NCBI GenBank assembly: GCA_002633005.1
Contig: NMRA01000213.1
Location: 227,892 to 291,891, forward strand
Reading direction: 5' to 3'
Length of the DNA stretch: 64,000 bases
From: Phoronis australis
Taxonomy: Eukaryota > Animalia > Phoronida
The translations under genes and the position numbers were made by a program. The notes under the pieces are model-generated. The model ran no database searches. It was not told the DNA's origin and worked only from the letters and a program-made list of their open reading frames with translations. This document shows, in pieces, positions 11,798 through 24,521 of this stretch (the first letter of the stretch is position 1; each line of letters starts with the position of its first letter).

Positions 11798-13716
11798 CTG
11801 AAAACATAAAAATATTCATTTGACTTTAATTGCGAGAAAAGTGGGTCGACAGCCCGACCCCGATTGGTAGTGAAATCACTCAATCTAGAATTGTTACTTC
11901 GCAACCGAGCTAATGAGAGGTTAAGTACGGCGCGTTCATTGAAACAGGTTATTAGTCACTGTAAGCATGATTTCAGTTCGATTTAGCTTGTCGCTTTTCG
12001 TTTACAAAATGTCATTGATCAAGGCAATGTCATCTTTTGTTGAGTGAAAAATCAATTTACAACCACACGATGTCAAAATATCTCGAACGGATTGGAAACC
12101 GTGTTAAAACGACTCGGAGGAATACACGGAAATAGATTTTTATCTCACTGACGTCTTTATAGTTTTACAGTTTATTACCAAGTCATTTGTCTTCATGAAC
12201 GAATAATGCGGAAGTTTGATTTTTTGTTAAACTGGACAGCAATCCCAGGTGGACATCTTGTGAAAACAATTCATTGCATCTACGTGTCTCTACCGTTTTC
12301 GTTCTTCGGGGCAATGTTTGCTCATAATCCATTTTCAAATTACCTTCAACTTTTCTCTTTCAACGGCAGAACATTTGTTGAATGCAATGCATGAATCCGA
12401 TTTTCCGATATTTTTAGTTCGCACTGAAACCAGTAAAATCCTTACGAAAAACACCGAGTGAAAAAATCAAAACGCGCAACAAAAACACCGATAAAACAGA
12501 CTTTGATTTACAGTAGCCTGCTCAAAAGCACACTTGATTTCACACCTGAACTTTCATGATAGGTTCGATCAAGTTTGTGCTTTTTCTAGGTGGAAGTCTG
12601 TTTGTTCGCGGTAAACACTACATGGCTAATATGACATTAATGACTGGAACTAATCAACTAATGGAAGTGAGCCTAACTCCGGGCCGCAGTCTTTGAAACG
12701 CCAACTGGAACGCAATTAAAAATTGAAATTAACCGCAAGTTACGACAGGTTAATAACGCTAAAGATAAAATAATATGTTGTTTACTTCTGTTTGGAATTT
12801 TTTAATTACGCGAATTCAAACTGACACGACAGAGTAGCCAACTCGGAGACATTGCGAACTACAGAATATTTGTTATTTACAGATATCGGGATTGACGGGA
12901 AATTTACTCCTGACCTCTAAGCTATAAAAAGCGTGGTAGTCATAATTCTCCAACTTCCCTCCCAGTGGCCCCTCGCCCATCGACAAAACCGTTCAGAGGT
13001 CCCTGTGACGACGAGATGGGTTTTGTTTTTTGAGACCTCAAAGACCTGTCCATATCTATCGATTTTTCGCTATAAGACTTTGTAATCGGTTATCGTATTC
13101 GACTAGAGACTGCCCACCTCTAAGCACAGGATCCACGTTTTGACACAAAGGAGATTTTTAGTCCAATATTGGTTTTACCGCTTGGTGAGATTCGGAAAAT
13201 GCATACGGTACATGTAAGCTGGAGACGGAGCAATCTTTGAGTGAACTCAAATTGTTCATACTGAAGTTTTCGAGCTAAAAGGCGTGTACGATTTTAGTCC
13301 AATTGTCGAGTGATTCAAGAGAAGTCGCGAACGACTTCTGGACAAATCCGTTCCGACTGTCGTAAACGACTTTTGAACCACTCGAATTAGTCGAATACGT
13401 GCCTGATGTTTCTAGAGCACTGTGGTATTGCTACATGGGAACATTCACGGTTCGCCTCAGTGCAGGATTTGTTGATACGTCAGCTAACCCGTCCACACCA
13501 TTTCCACTAGGTCTCGACTAAAAATAACGGACTGCGATCTCCTAAGTCGAGTGAAAGTCTAGAGTAAAATCAGGCGTGCTTTATATCAGAACAAAAAGTA
13601 CAAGGTTTTCGATGAAAATGTCGACTGGGAATGTTTTTCTACACAAGCACTCCGATTAGTCGCACATGAAAAATAGGGGGTTTTAAGAGGTAGTTTTTAA
13701 ATTATTAAAATAGCTT

Positions 13717-13755
13717 AATAATAACAACAACAACAACGAAAACAACAACAACAAC

Positions 13756-13795
<40 letters not shown>
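13717..13795. repeat. (AAC)n(AAT)n compound microsatellite
   Basis: Directly visible. Confidence 0.95.
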
Positions 13796-13796
<1 letters not shown>

Positions 13797-16700
13797 CAAT
13801 AGTGATAGTAATAACTCTACGGTGGATGTCACAAATACCACGTGATTTCTATGGCTGTCACGAGTAGTTCGCGTTACAGAACGGGCCCCTGGTCTGACTT
13901 TCAGCCGTGTTTTTTCATCAGTTCTAGACGCTTAATTGTTGACACAATGAAAAAACTTTAAAAGATACACCGTGTGGACATTTAACACGTTACTCATTGT
14001 GGCGATGTTTTAGTAATCGCTCAAAACTGTGTCGAGTGCAGTTGTCGCTCGAAGATAGCCGAGGCAGTGGATAAGCGCCGCGCGAGACACCATGGATGAG
14101 TCAATCGACCACGAACTACAGGAAAGAAGGCAAAGTTTTGGGATAACGCTTTTTAAATAAAACGAAATCACCGGAATAAACACCGGCGACTGTTTCCAAA
14201 TGCACGCGGTAATCCATAGCGGGAGAAAAAGGCATTGGTGGATGCAGGATGTCGTGAGGCGAGGAGGCAACCACAAAGGTAAAACCTATCCGGAGACAGA
14301 AGCCCTCAACATAGAACTGATAAATGGAGCGTAACTGTATTTACATACTTGGTTGTTATTATTTTTGTTGTCAATCTTCGTCATTTCGCAACTTATTGTA
14401 ACTGTGTACAGAGCAACGCGAAAGAAAACTGAGCAGAAACTACACAAAAGGTTTTAAACATGAAAAATATGTGTAAACTAGAAGTCCGCCTGTTCGACGA
14501 TTCTCTTGAGAAAGGTTAATCTATGGGTTGCGCTTTGTGTCAGTCTTCCGGTATGCATGTCTTGTCTTCAAAATACCATTTCGAATAACATGGATATTAT
14601 TTTTCAACGTTTAAATCACGGCAAACGTAGCAAGATCAAGAAATGTTACGCAACTTCTTTGCATAGAATTAGCTGCCAATTGGATTCTAGATCAACACCA
14701 GGTCATGAAATCAATAAACGTGTGTGTTTTTGTTTTGTTTAAACATCCGCCACGGTTTCAATAGGCGCGTTAGAATTCTTTATCACCTACCAACTATAAG
14801 AACTAGATTTAAGAATGGTTGATCGATAAATGGACAAACGTCAAAACACACACCTTAGACATCTACTCTAGAGATACCGCTAACTGGACTACTGTAACAC
14901 CGTGAAACACCCTCTTGTGCGCCAATTAGAGAAATTGTCACAAAATGGGAGTTTAGTTTTCAAATATTTCATCTTTTAATTTTATAAGGACATGTCATAA
15001 AGAGAAGTTCACATGAAGGAATTCCGCAAAAAATGTAAAGAATCACAAAATATGTCGCCGCTTACATGCTGGAATATCTCGAATCAATGTTACAAATAAC
15101 GGCATATAGAAATTTATTGATAATTTCGGTGTCCACCATAAAAGAAACTAATATCAAACCCTTCCAATGTGACTTCTTATAAAAATGCAGCAAAGTATAA
15201 AACAAAAGAATTGCTGACGGATTTCAAAAAATTGTGTCTTGTACGAAACTGACAACGTCTTGTCAGAATCGTAGATTCATCTAAAATTATTTTCGTCGTA
15301 ACCATTATTCGAAGATGTGCAGTGCAAAAATAGCAAAAAGAGAAGATAACTAGACAAAGTAAATTGAACAAATAATGTGTTATATTCAAATTAATTTTGA
15401 GGCCAAAACTTCATTCTTTGCCAAACTCTGGAAATTTTATCTATAGGACTTTGCATTTATAAAGTTTACGCCTCTTACAAAAGCCAAAACCGTCAGAGTA
15501 TGCAATGAAATTATAATTGCAATTTCTTTATATTATGTTCCAAAGAGTTATGAATCTTCAATTTAGAATTTTTTCAAAATTACTGAACGTGATAAGCATC
15601 AAGTCTACTCAGTCGTACAATGACCTCCGTAGTGGATGGTGAAGCACGGTGTCGACAACAGTTTTGCATTGTTCTGTCGTCTTAGGGCTTCGCATAATTC
15701 TGGCTAATGAGATTAACGTAATTAAATTTCGTTGTTTCTACAACGTATTGTTTCGTCCTAATGAAGTTAGATAGATACACAATTTCTTGTCTACCCGTGT
15801 TTAGCGCGTTGCGGCAGAATACGTGATTTTCACTGGTTCGCCGTTTTGTTAGGTACTTACGTGGCGAATACTGACATCAAAATACAGACAGATTAACAGA
15901 TAACTGGCGAGCAACTGAACTTATATCTTGTACCGTCGAGGTCTTCGATTTAACCCCACCATTCAATTGATGACTGTCTGCTGGCCTTTTCTTAGAGCGA
16001 AGACATATAATGTGCCATGCTTCGAAATATTTTTTAAAAATCTAGCAATTATATATACGTAGCAGCCGTTTTTCGGTAAAAAACAAGAGTCGCCTTTTTT
16101 GATTTCCAAACTTGAGATTTTTATCATAACTGCCAAAATATGTATGTTCTTCTAAGTTTCCATGAAGTTTTGTGCTTGTTTTATAAAAGAATACAAAAGG
16201 TTAATTCACTTTGAAATGAGAAGATTTTTACTTCTGAGAAAACATACGTTTATGATATTCGTTTCAACTCTCACTTACGACAAAGATCTTCAAAACATTA
16301 CAATCACGCAGTGCTTAAAATCAATTAAAAGTTACGAAATCTAAACTGTCGTGTGTGAGAGTAGATTAGCATCATTTAATATTGTCAGATTTTCAAAACT
16401 AATGATGGCAACTTCGTTATAGTCACGCATAGCGTGAAAAAATCGTTTCATTTGTCGATGCAAGATAAGACTTCAAGAAGGAAGATGATTATCTCAAAAT
16501 GATACCGAGGATTGTTGCTCAAACAACGTATTTTAGAACTCAGGAATAAGATTAATTTTTAGCTTAATTTAATTACTCTATACATGTGACAAATTAGGAA
16601 AAATGTCAAAATAAAGACCCGACATTGCCTAACTACAGCTGGCGACTTTTCAACTCTCCACCATGCTCAAGACATAACAGCAACCATTTTAATATCAACT

Positions 16701-19700
16701 TCCTGTACCGATTGCTAGTTTCAGAATTACTATTTTATTACAAACTGTGCACGTGCATGTGAAACTGCGTATAACCCAGTACATGTATCCCAGCTCAATA
16801 TCTGTAATGTAGGAAATATTAGCTAAAATACGGCTTTCAACGGAAATCGTACAAATCCAAAAGTTACGTGAATCTGTTAAATAGTTAATGGTTTAATTGT
16901 GCTATCCTGATGCTTGCACAGTGGAAATTGAACTCTATTTTTCCTTGTGTATTAAATTTAATCTTGATCAACGGATCTCTTAAAATTTAGAAAAAATAAT
17001 AGTTTAAGCATTGGGAGCGATATACGTAATTGGCCTCTCAATTTAGTTTAATTTTGCAGAACTAGTGGACAATAAGGACGCGCGGTAATGCAATTAATCT
17101 GCGCGAAGTAGCTTTAAGTCAATTCAGCAACACTTGTGTTTATAATTCTATGTGAATTGACGAGTATAAATAATACATTTGATTTAGCGTGGAGATGGCG
17201 GCATTATCCGCCTCTGATTAGGGCTTTGGTAAGGAATATTAGACGACTTAGAACCAATTATTCTTGATTTAAATGAGAAGGAAGTGTATCGGACCGGATT
17301 ATTGTTCAGGGTTATTAAAATTAATCAGAGTGCGAGTCCCTAATTGTGGCGTGAATACAAATGAACCTGATTAAATTATCATTGCCATCGCCATATTGTC
17401 TTTCCCATAAGGCACCGCGGGTTGCGGTGACCACTGAGATAATACAACGAGTAATTTTTATAGCCAACAGCTTGACGTAGATTAAAGCATACTAAAATGA
17501 AAATTACAGAACACGTTTAACAATTTCAATCGTGTCGATGGGCTTCAAACGAACGTGACTGGAACAGACATGGGCTATGGGCTGACGCACAACTAGTCAA
17601 TAATTCCGTAAAAATATTTTAAGTTTTTTAAACCAGATAAAAACGAAATAAAACTGGTATGGAAAAAAACAATCCTGTTGATTTTATAGCCCCTTGAATA
17701 GCAAAGGACTGTTATTGGCTGGAAACAGGTCTTCCCGTAATTTCAAAAAAATTAACACTAACACGCAACTAGGGCTGCATTTCGTAGACGCAAGAAGGTC
17801 GCGAAAACGCAAAATCGCTCAGGATGGCGCCAAGCATTGCAGCAGAACCACGTAATACCAAAAGCTTTTCTCGCAAGTTTATTGCGTCTACTGAACACAA
17901 CCCGGTTTCTTGAGGTTATGGTAACGACTTGTTCTGCATGAAACTCAGGCTCTACCGCGCCTCGCACGGCAAGAAGAAGCACTACTGCTACATTTAGTTT
18001 GAAATTATACATGTTCTTCCTCAGCCGTTTACTCTTGTATTTTCCTGAGAGAAGCCTGTTCATGCAATGGTATCGTGCGCAGTAGGCATATAGGCATATT
18101 GTTCACCGTTCCCGGTACTGTAAACATCTTTAAATTTGTCGATGTTTTTCTTGCTCAATAGTTGTTTTGAGGTTCCTGATTTGTTTATTTGTTTTCGTTA
18201 AGGACCCATGCAGCGATAATTGGGTCAAACCGAAAACGCAAACTTCGCATTGTCGCCGTAATCAAATATCTCCGTTCAGTCTTTTCTGTCATTATATCAG
18301 GGCTTGATGCAAGCGAGCACATGCTCTATCATACGAGTAGTAAAGTAGAAAATTTATTTTACTCGTACGACGCCGACGTCTGTTTGTTTTTGGTCGTCAT
18401 TTTTAGGCGTGCAAATCTCGAAATACGAGTGCAGAATATGCCGTCACTCGTATTTTCCAGCAGGAATTTTCGCCTGTGTCGAGCGCTGCTGATGTGTAAC
18501 TGGCAGAATTAAAAACAAAACAAAAGCATTCCTCCCTAAAATATGAATCAAAATATTGGTTTCGAAAGATGACACTGCATAAATATATAATCACAAAACG
18601 GCATATTATCAAACTGTTGTGCAGTGACTGTTGAAAACTAACATGCAATAGGTTCCAAAAAGACACGCACCAGACGTTGCGACAAAAGCGTTTCACTTAA
18701 AAAACTCTTGATGACGTGTAACTCTTGAAGTGAACTCCTACCGCTAATGATGTATGGATTAATTTACGATATCAGTCGGGACGAATAAGTGATTTTATTC
18801 TTGAGTTACGTTTAGGTTATTACTTTACTTCGCATGGATAATACGTTGTTGAATGGGGGACAATAGGGGAGATAATTTAAGGGGTTGGAATGGCGGCTCG
18901 TTGTCAAAAGGTCTGGTAAATGGATCACTAAATATCGTGGTTGTCTCATTTTGAAGAAATTATGCACCGCTGATTGCCAGGCCTTGGCTCATTGCGGGTT
19001 TCACAAAAGATCCGCATGAAATGTCGAACGAAAAGACTGCTCAACAACGCTAGTAATTACCCCTATTGTGTGGCAAGCGATATAGGAATAAACGCGGACA
19101 GCGGGAAAAGCAGGACGTATTTTAAGACGATTATATATTTGATGAGAATTTCGTCCTGTCTTTAAACGGTCCGGGATTGAATGATTCTAACGTCAAATTA
19201 CCCAGATATGATAATTGTAGGCAATTTTCTGTACAAGAAGTGTTTGCGGTAAACCTGCGCTCGGCAATCGCACAACACCTTATTAACTTGGGTAGGGAAA
19301 GGCGGATCCGAATATAAGGCTTTGCATAGGTCGCAGGTGAACTTTTTAAAAATACTTTCTTTTAATTAATACAAAATTCGATAAATTGTATATGATACAG
19401 AGCTCCGACGTACGTTATGACAAAATTATGAAGAAAATTTAAATCGAAAATAGAATAGAAAGCATGCGAGAGTACAGGAATGAGCCACGGTATTGCGTCC
19501 CCCAGATATCGTTATTACACTGAACCCACTCTGACTATAACTCCTCGAGACATCTCACATATTTTAAAGATTCTATTTTAGTTTCAGCTGCATATATCGT
19601 GCACCCGTCAACACTTCGCCCTCCGCGAAATTATTATTATGGTATAACAGAATGTTCCCTCTCTTTTTAAATTGAAACAGGCATTTGCTCGAGATCACTC

Positions 19701-21680
19701 CGAAAATCTAGCTGATCGTTCTTTTTCAACCTCTCTTGAAAACTTCATAAAATCCGTTGCTAACTGTTTAGCTAGACGAACGGTAGATTACGAAAAATTA
19801 CGTGAAATAAATTCAAATCATGACAAGTATGATTTATAATGGTTTCCATTTTACCTCAGTTATAACACGCTGTTTGATATTAGTAACAACAACCAGGGAA
19901 GAACTTTACTTGACCGAACATGTTCGTATTTGTCCTAATCAACGGCTTACTTAATTAAGTGTATAACCGAAGAAAAATTGCCGTATTAAGGAGATGCTGT
20001 GCTTTACACAATTCGAACAGTAAAAATAAATTTACACAACTCGAGTGCGCTACCGTGTCAAAAAGCGAGCAGTCGTTTATTTTGCTCTCGGCGAATATTT
20101 CTTAAGCAAACACAACATCGGCTGCGCTATTGAAGGCATAAAAAACTATTGACTACCTTCTCTAGTTTTGTCACAGACGCTCCGAATCAAACAGTTGAAT
20201 TTGACATTATGTCCATCACATTGTTAGCTTCGTGTCTTTTTTAGTGTATATAAACTCCGGCGGGGAGATATAGGGTTACCAGGCTTGAGAAACAAATAAT
20301 CTTAATAAAGAAAACTAATTTGTTTAACTGCTATACAAAGTTTTCCCGTTACATCGACTTTATTGAACAAATGTATCTGACGTGGGTTAACAGCAGCAAG
20401 AGAAAGATCGCTAGGTAAAGACCGAAATTTTGATAAACGGATATTTGAGAAGGATTTGATTTAACCTATATAACGAAACGAATTCAATTCTTTTACACGA
20501 ACGCCTCTGACATACAAACTAATCAAAATATTTGCAATTATTATTTCACGTACAACCTCACACGAACTATCGTTGGCATAACATCACAGAAAATGGCGCT
20601 GAAATGAAAACATATCAGTTAATTGTTACGACCTGGGCCTTAAATGGCACGATGCAATATACGCGTACATTTACTACAGGCATTATAGGATTTCGTGAAA
20701 AACGTATGCGCGAATCGTTTATGCGATCTCCGTACACACTTTTTCTGCCAAAAACCCGCATGCGTGATATATATAGACATCGACAGATTAGAGTTATCTC
20801 CCCATGCATTCCAAGTTTACGTCATAAGTGTTAGTTTGTGAAATTGACTATATGATCACCGAGGACTACTGGTTACGATTCCTAATCCTTGGCTCGAGGC
20901 TCATTGGATAATGGTGATTATGAATCGCAGGCGAGAAGGCGGATTAGTCCCGATGTTATAGGCGACTTGTAACTCTGGATGCTCCGGTATCTGATTAGGC
21001 TAATACTATAGAAACACACCACGGCAGTCTCGGCAAGAGAATCCGATGCTTTTTAATGTCCTGCACTGGATAAAATGCTCCCCTTCACTTTAAGAAAGGC
21101 ACATTTCCAGATACAATAAAACTATGGACGAGAAATTCATGAGACACTCCGGGACAAAATGCACATCCCGCTTGTGCACACTTTTTATACGTTTCTAACT
21201 ATGACAGTTACTACTGTATGAAACTGAAATCAGTGGATGACTCTACCTCAGGGTGGTCTCAGTGCGAGATCTTTTCATATTAAACCAAACATCCGAACCT
21301 AGCATCCGTATCTACTATCTGCGTGTTACATGTTTAACGACAGTTTTAACGTTTTCGAAATGTTTGACCGCATCAAGGGTGAGTCCCAACTCTTTATCAA
21401 CCTAGTTATCAATAGCTGAGATGACAGGCTCTCAAATAAGGTGATAAACGTCTCGCTATTATCGCCAATTTATTGATGAAGGCAGCGCTTACTTGACATT
21501 ACGCCTTTTGAAAGAGAGAAGTGAAATTCTAATTTACTAAGACAGTGTTTGTAGTCAAACAAAATTCTTTACGTGCACAGCAAACTACTTTCCATAAAGC
21601 AATTCTGCACTTTATTGCGGATCGTTTGCACCCATGTGTACGCAGATTCATGTGCACGGAAGGACGTGCTTAACACTCAC

Positions 21681-21870
21681 CTCACGTAATCTCGTTTACA
21701 ATACGTTTTTCCCTCACGTACGAAGCACGTGCAAGTTTCGTCAAGAAACTGGTTGCAATCGGCGCATTTGAGACAGGCGGCGTGCCATTCTAAATCTGGA
21801 GCGACACGAAGAATGAACTGGTCTTGAATCTGAGATCCACATCCAACGCACATTGACAGCCGCCTTTTCT
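21681..21870 (-). CDS. isl: Islet coding exon 2, LIM1 domain
   Basis: ttccag|AG AAA AGG CGG..., translating [63 protein letters not shown], ending GTG AG|gtgagt. 190 nt. The ORF track shows only a wrong-frame ORF here. Confidence 0.97.
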
Positions 21871-24249
21871 CTGGAATTTGTCAGATTGAAGTGTTACACA
21901 AAACAGCAAAATACAAGTCACAGCAAAAGTAGACAACGCAGTAACTAGACACGTCCGACGCAACCATATTTCGTACACAGTGCAATACTACTGGTGGTTA
22001 GAAAACGTTTCTGTGTTGATTTGTATCACATTATTTTGTGACATTATGTTTCGAAAATTCAAATGAAGTGAGAACAAAGAAGCGATAATTAGTGGTTTGT
22101 TTCCTTTTAAAATTGGAAAAAATCAATGCAAGATTTCAATGGGACTTTAATTAGTATTTTCACATTTTCCAAAGGATTCGTTCGGTTCATATGTTCTGGA
22201 GTTAAGCAGCTTTAAATTTTATTTTATTTCTGTTGGTTGTCACTGGCACAAAAGTCAAATCACACGAGAATATTTCGTCTCTTGTTTTGAATAAAAACCA
22301 GTGTTATTAATCAACATTATCGTTACGTAACGGCAGTATTAAAACACGCGCATCACTTTGTTGTGATAGATGCCAAGATTCCCGTTTGGTCTGGCTTCAC
22401 TGTTTTTAAAGAAAATGATCATACTCATAATCTTTCAAATATGTAGTCTAGGCAAGCAAATGAATTTCCATGTACCACGCAGGCGACAATGGAGTTCATA
22501 ATGTGCCTCGATCGTGTGTCGAATCTCTTGACTAAATAGGGAATTTGGTGTTGGAAACCACAATTAACTTTGCGTACATGGCAAACACATTAGAACTTTA
22601 TACACAAAAAGCCAAAATCAACTCAAATTTTCCATTTGTTGAACACGATCATTGTCTAAACTAGCTCACACAAACTCTCTTGCATGCATTACGGTACAAG
22701 CACGCTGAAATACCCTAGTGAACAACTTGCATAGGGAATTGAATAAGTTCAATTCAACCATGCTCGGGCTAAATGGCTACGTTATCGAAATGTTTAGTTT
22801 GACGTCATTGGGATCCAGTCTAATAAAATTCAAATCCTAAAGTTAAAAATGATAATAATAATAATAGTTATGCCGATTTTTACGCTGCACTTTAAATTAC
22901 TAATCACTTTGGACTTGGTTATACAATGAGTGCAAACGTTTTCGGGTCAATCGTTTAATCCAAATTTTCAGATACTATAATGCCCCGTGATTACCTTCGG
23001 GTAAAAAAAAAATAAAAATAAAAAAAACTATGCAAGACCTGTGGAATTAATGACAAAGTGATGTGGCAGCATTCCTAATCCTATCTTCCGGTTGTACACA
23101 TTGTATCTGTGTTTAACTCGCACGTCCCACCTCTGTGCACTACTGCGTAGTGGGTCCTGTCTGAAAACTGAAGGCCGTACATTTCTAAGCACTCTGTGTA
23201 TGAATAGCTGAATACTTGTTTCATTTTTCATTCCGCTAAAACTCATGATTTTGACATATCTGAGGAAAGCAATATTTTAGTAACACCACGCGTATGAACA
23301 GATTGTTTTGCTGTGGTTGTCAAGTGGAGTATTTTACGACAAGGTTTATAAGGTCGAGAAAATTTCAGTAATAACCTACACCTTCGTATGTCGTGCGCTG
23401 CCGTTTCAAGAAATCTTTCACTTGCGCAAGCCGGGTTTTTTCATTACTTTCCACGTCCACATGAAAACATTACGCTAGACCAACTTGGGTGGGGGGAGGG
23501 GGGCATGCACACAGTGAATCAAAGTACCCTATTTCAAAGTTATAATAAGGACAAGCTGAGTCTATTAAATACCTATCAACGCCTAACGCCAATTGAGCGA
23601 AGATTTCATCTGACTACGGAACTCCGATAACTGTGTAAACACAAACGTATTCAAGCTCTCACCCGTCGGAGCAGTGCATTGGAATACAGAGAATTTCATG
23701 TTTTGGCGGCTGAGGAAAAATAGTTGCAGATCCGAAGTTGCTGTCGACAAGCAGACAAGATGACGTTTACAGAAAATTGTACCAACCGCGCGATGGTGCT
23801 AGTGTTTATTTATTTTTCGAATTTCTGTAGATGAGATTGAACGAGTCTCCGGGCTTTGCGTTAGGTTTCAATGCAAGCATATCATACTGTTTTACTTTAA
23901 CTGCAGTCGTCAACAAAGAGAGTCAAATATTTTGAAACATGGATTTATTGTAAACAATGACAATGGAATTGTTACATAACACAACGAGTCAGCAATCTAA
24001 TGCCTGGTTCTAATATTTACATTGTGGTAACTGTTACACAGAGTTCACCAAATTAACGCGCAATAAATACAAGCATATTACGCGTTTTGTTAACGACGTC
24101 GTTAATGTTGTGTGGGACATCGGTACTAAACTGATCGCACATTGAACTTGACGAGTACCAGCTATTCAATGTATTAAGTTGTAGCATAGCTGTTTAATAA
24201 TTTTAGTGAATTTTACACTCCAGAGGATCAAACAAAAAATAAAACTTAC

Positions 24250-24277
24250 TTTTGCACGGCTGTGGCTCAGTCGTCAT
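24250..24277 (-). CDS. isl: Islet LIM-homeobox gene, coding exon 1 (MTTEPQPCK + 1 nt)
   Basis: Minus strand reads ATG ACG ACT GAG CCA CAG CCG TGC AAA A|gtaagt. The 28-nt phase-1 exon joins exon 2 in frame (..PCKKKRRLSMC..), matching the short first coding exon of vertebrate ISL1 (MGDMGDPPK|K). Confidence 0.85.
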
Positions 24278-24425
24278 GTCCGCGTCTGATTTTGAGGGCG
24301 GAATTTTGGCGATTAAAGTATTATCAACTTTAGAAATAAAATAAAACTCCGATCTGTGCTCTGCGTAATCCCCGACTCACGATAAGAATGAATCGCATGT
24401 ACAACCATCGACTTACAATGACGCC

Positions 24426-24521
24426 TATTTAAATATGCCCGGTGACTAGTAGCGATCAGAAGTTGAACGCTTCACTGAACTAATTTTCATTGGCTATTGA
24501 CATATTAAGATGTCACGTGAC
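24426..24521 (-). promoter_or_regulatory. Candidate islet core promoter (TATA-like, CCAAT, palindromic E-box)
   Basis: TATTTAAATA at 24426-24435, CCAAT on the minus strand at 24489-24493 and GTCACGTGAC at 24512-24521 lie in the expected order 150-245 nt upstream of the ATG. The TSS would be near 24400 (inference). Confidence 0.5.

Noticed and set aside
11353-11904. 183-aa ORF as a single-exon LIM protein
   Set aside because: Only 11514-11797 is LIM/linker sequence bounded by splice sites; the flanks are intronic.
18421-18455. 11-bp hairpin AAATACGAGTG/CACTCGTATTT, possibly part of a palindromic repeat family at ~17.7-18.6 kb
   Set aside because: No second copy, termini or TSD could be established in the window.
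21790-21978. 62-aa ORF overlapping exon 2
   Set aside because: Wrong frame; the true exon encodes LIM1 in another frame.
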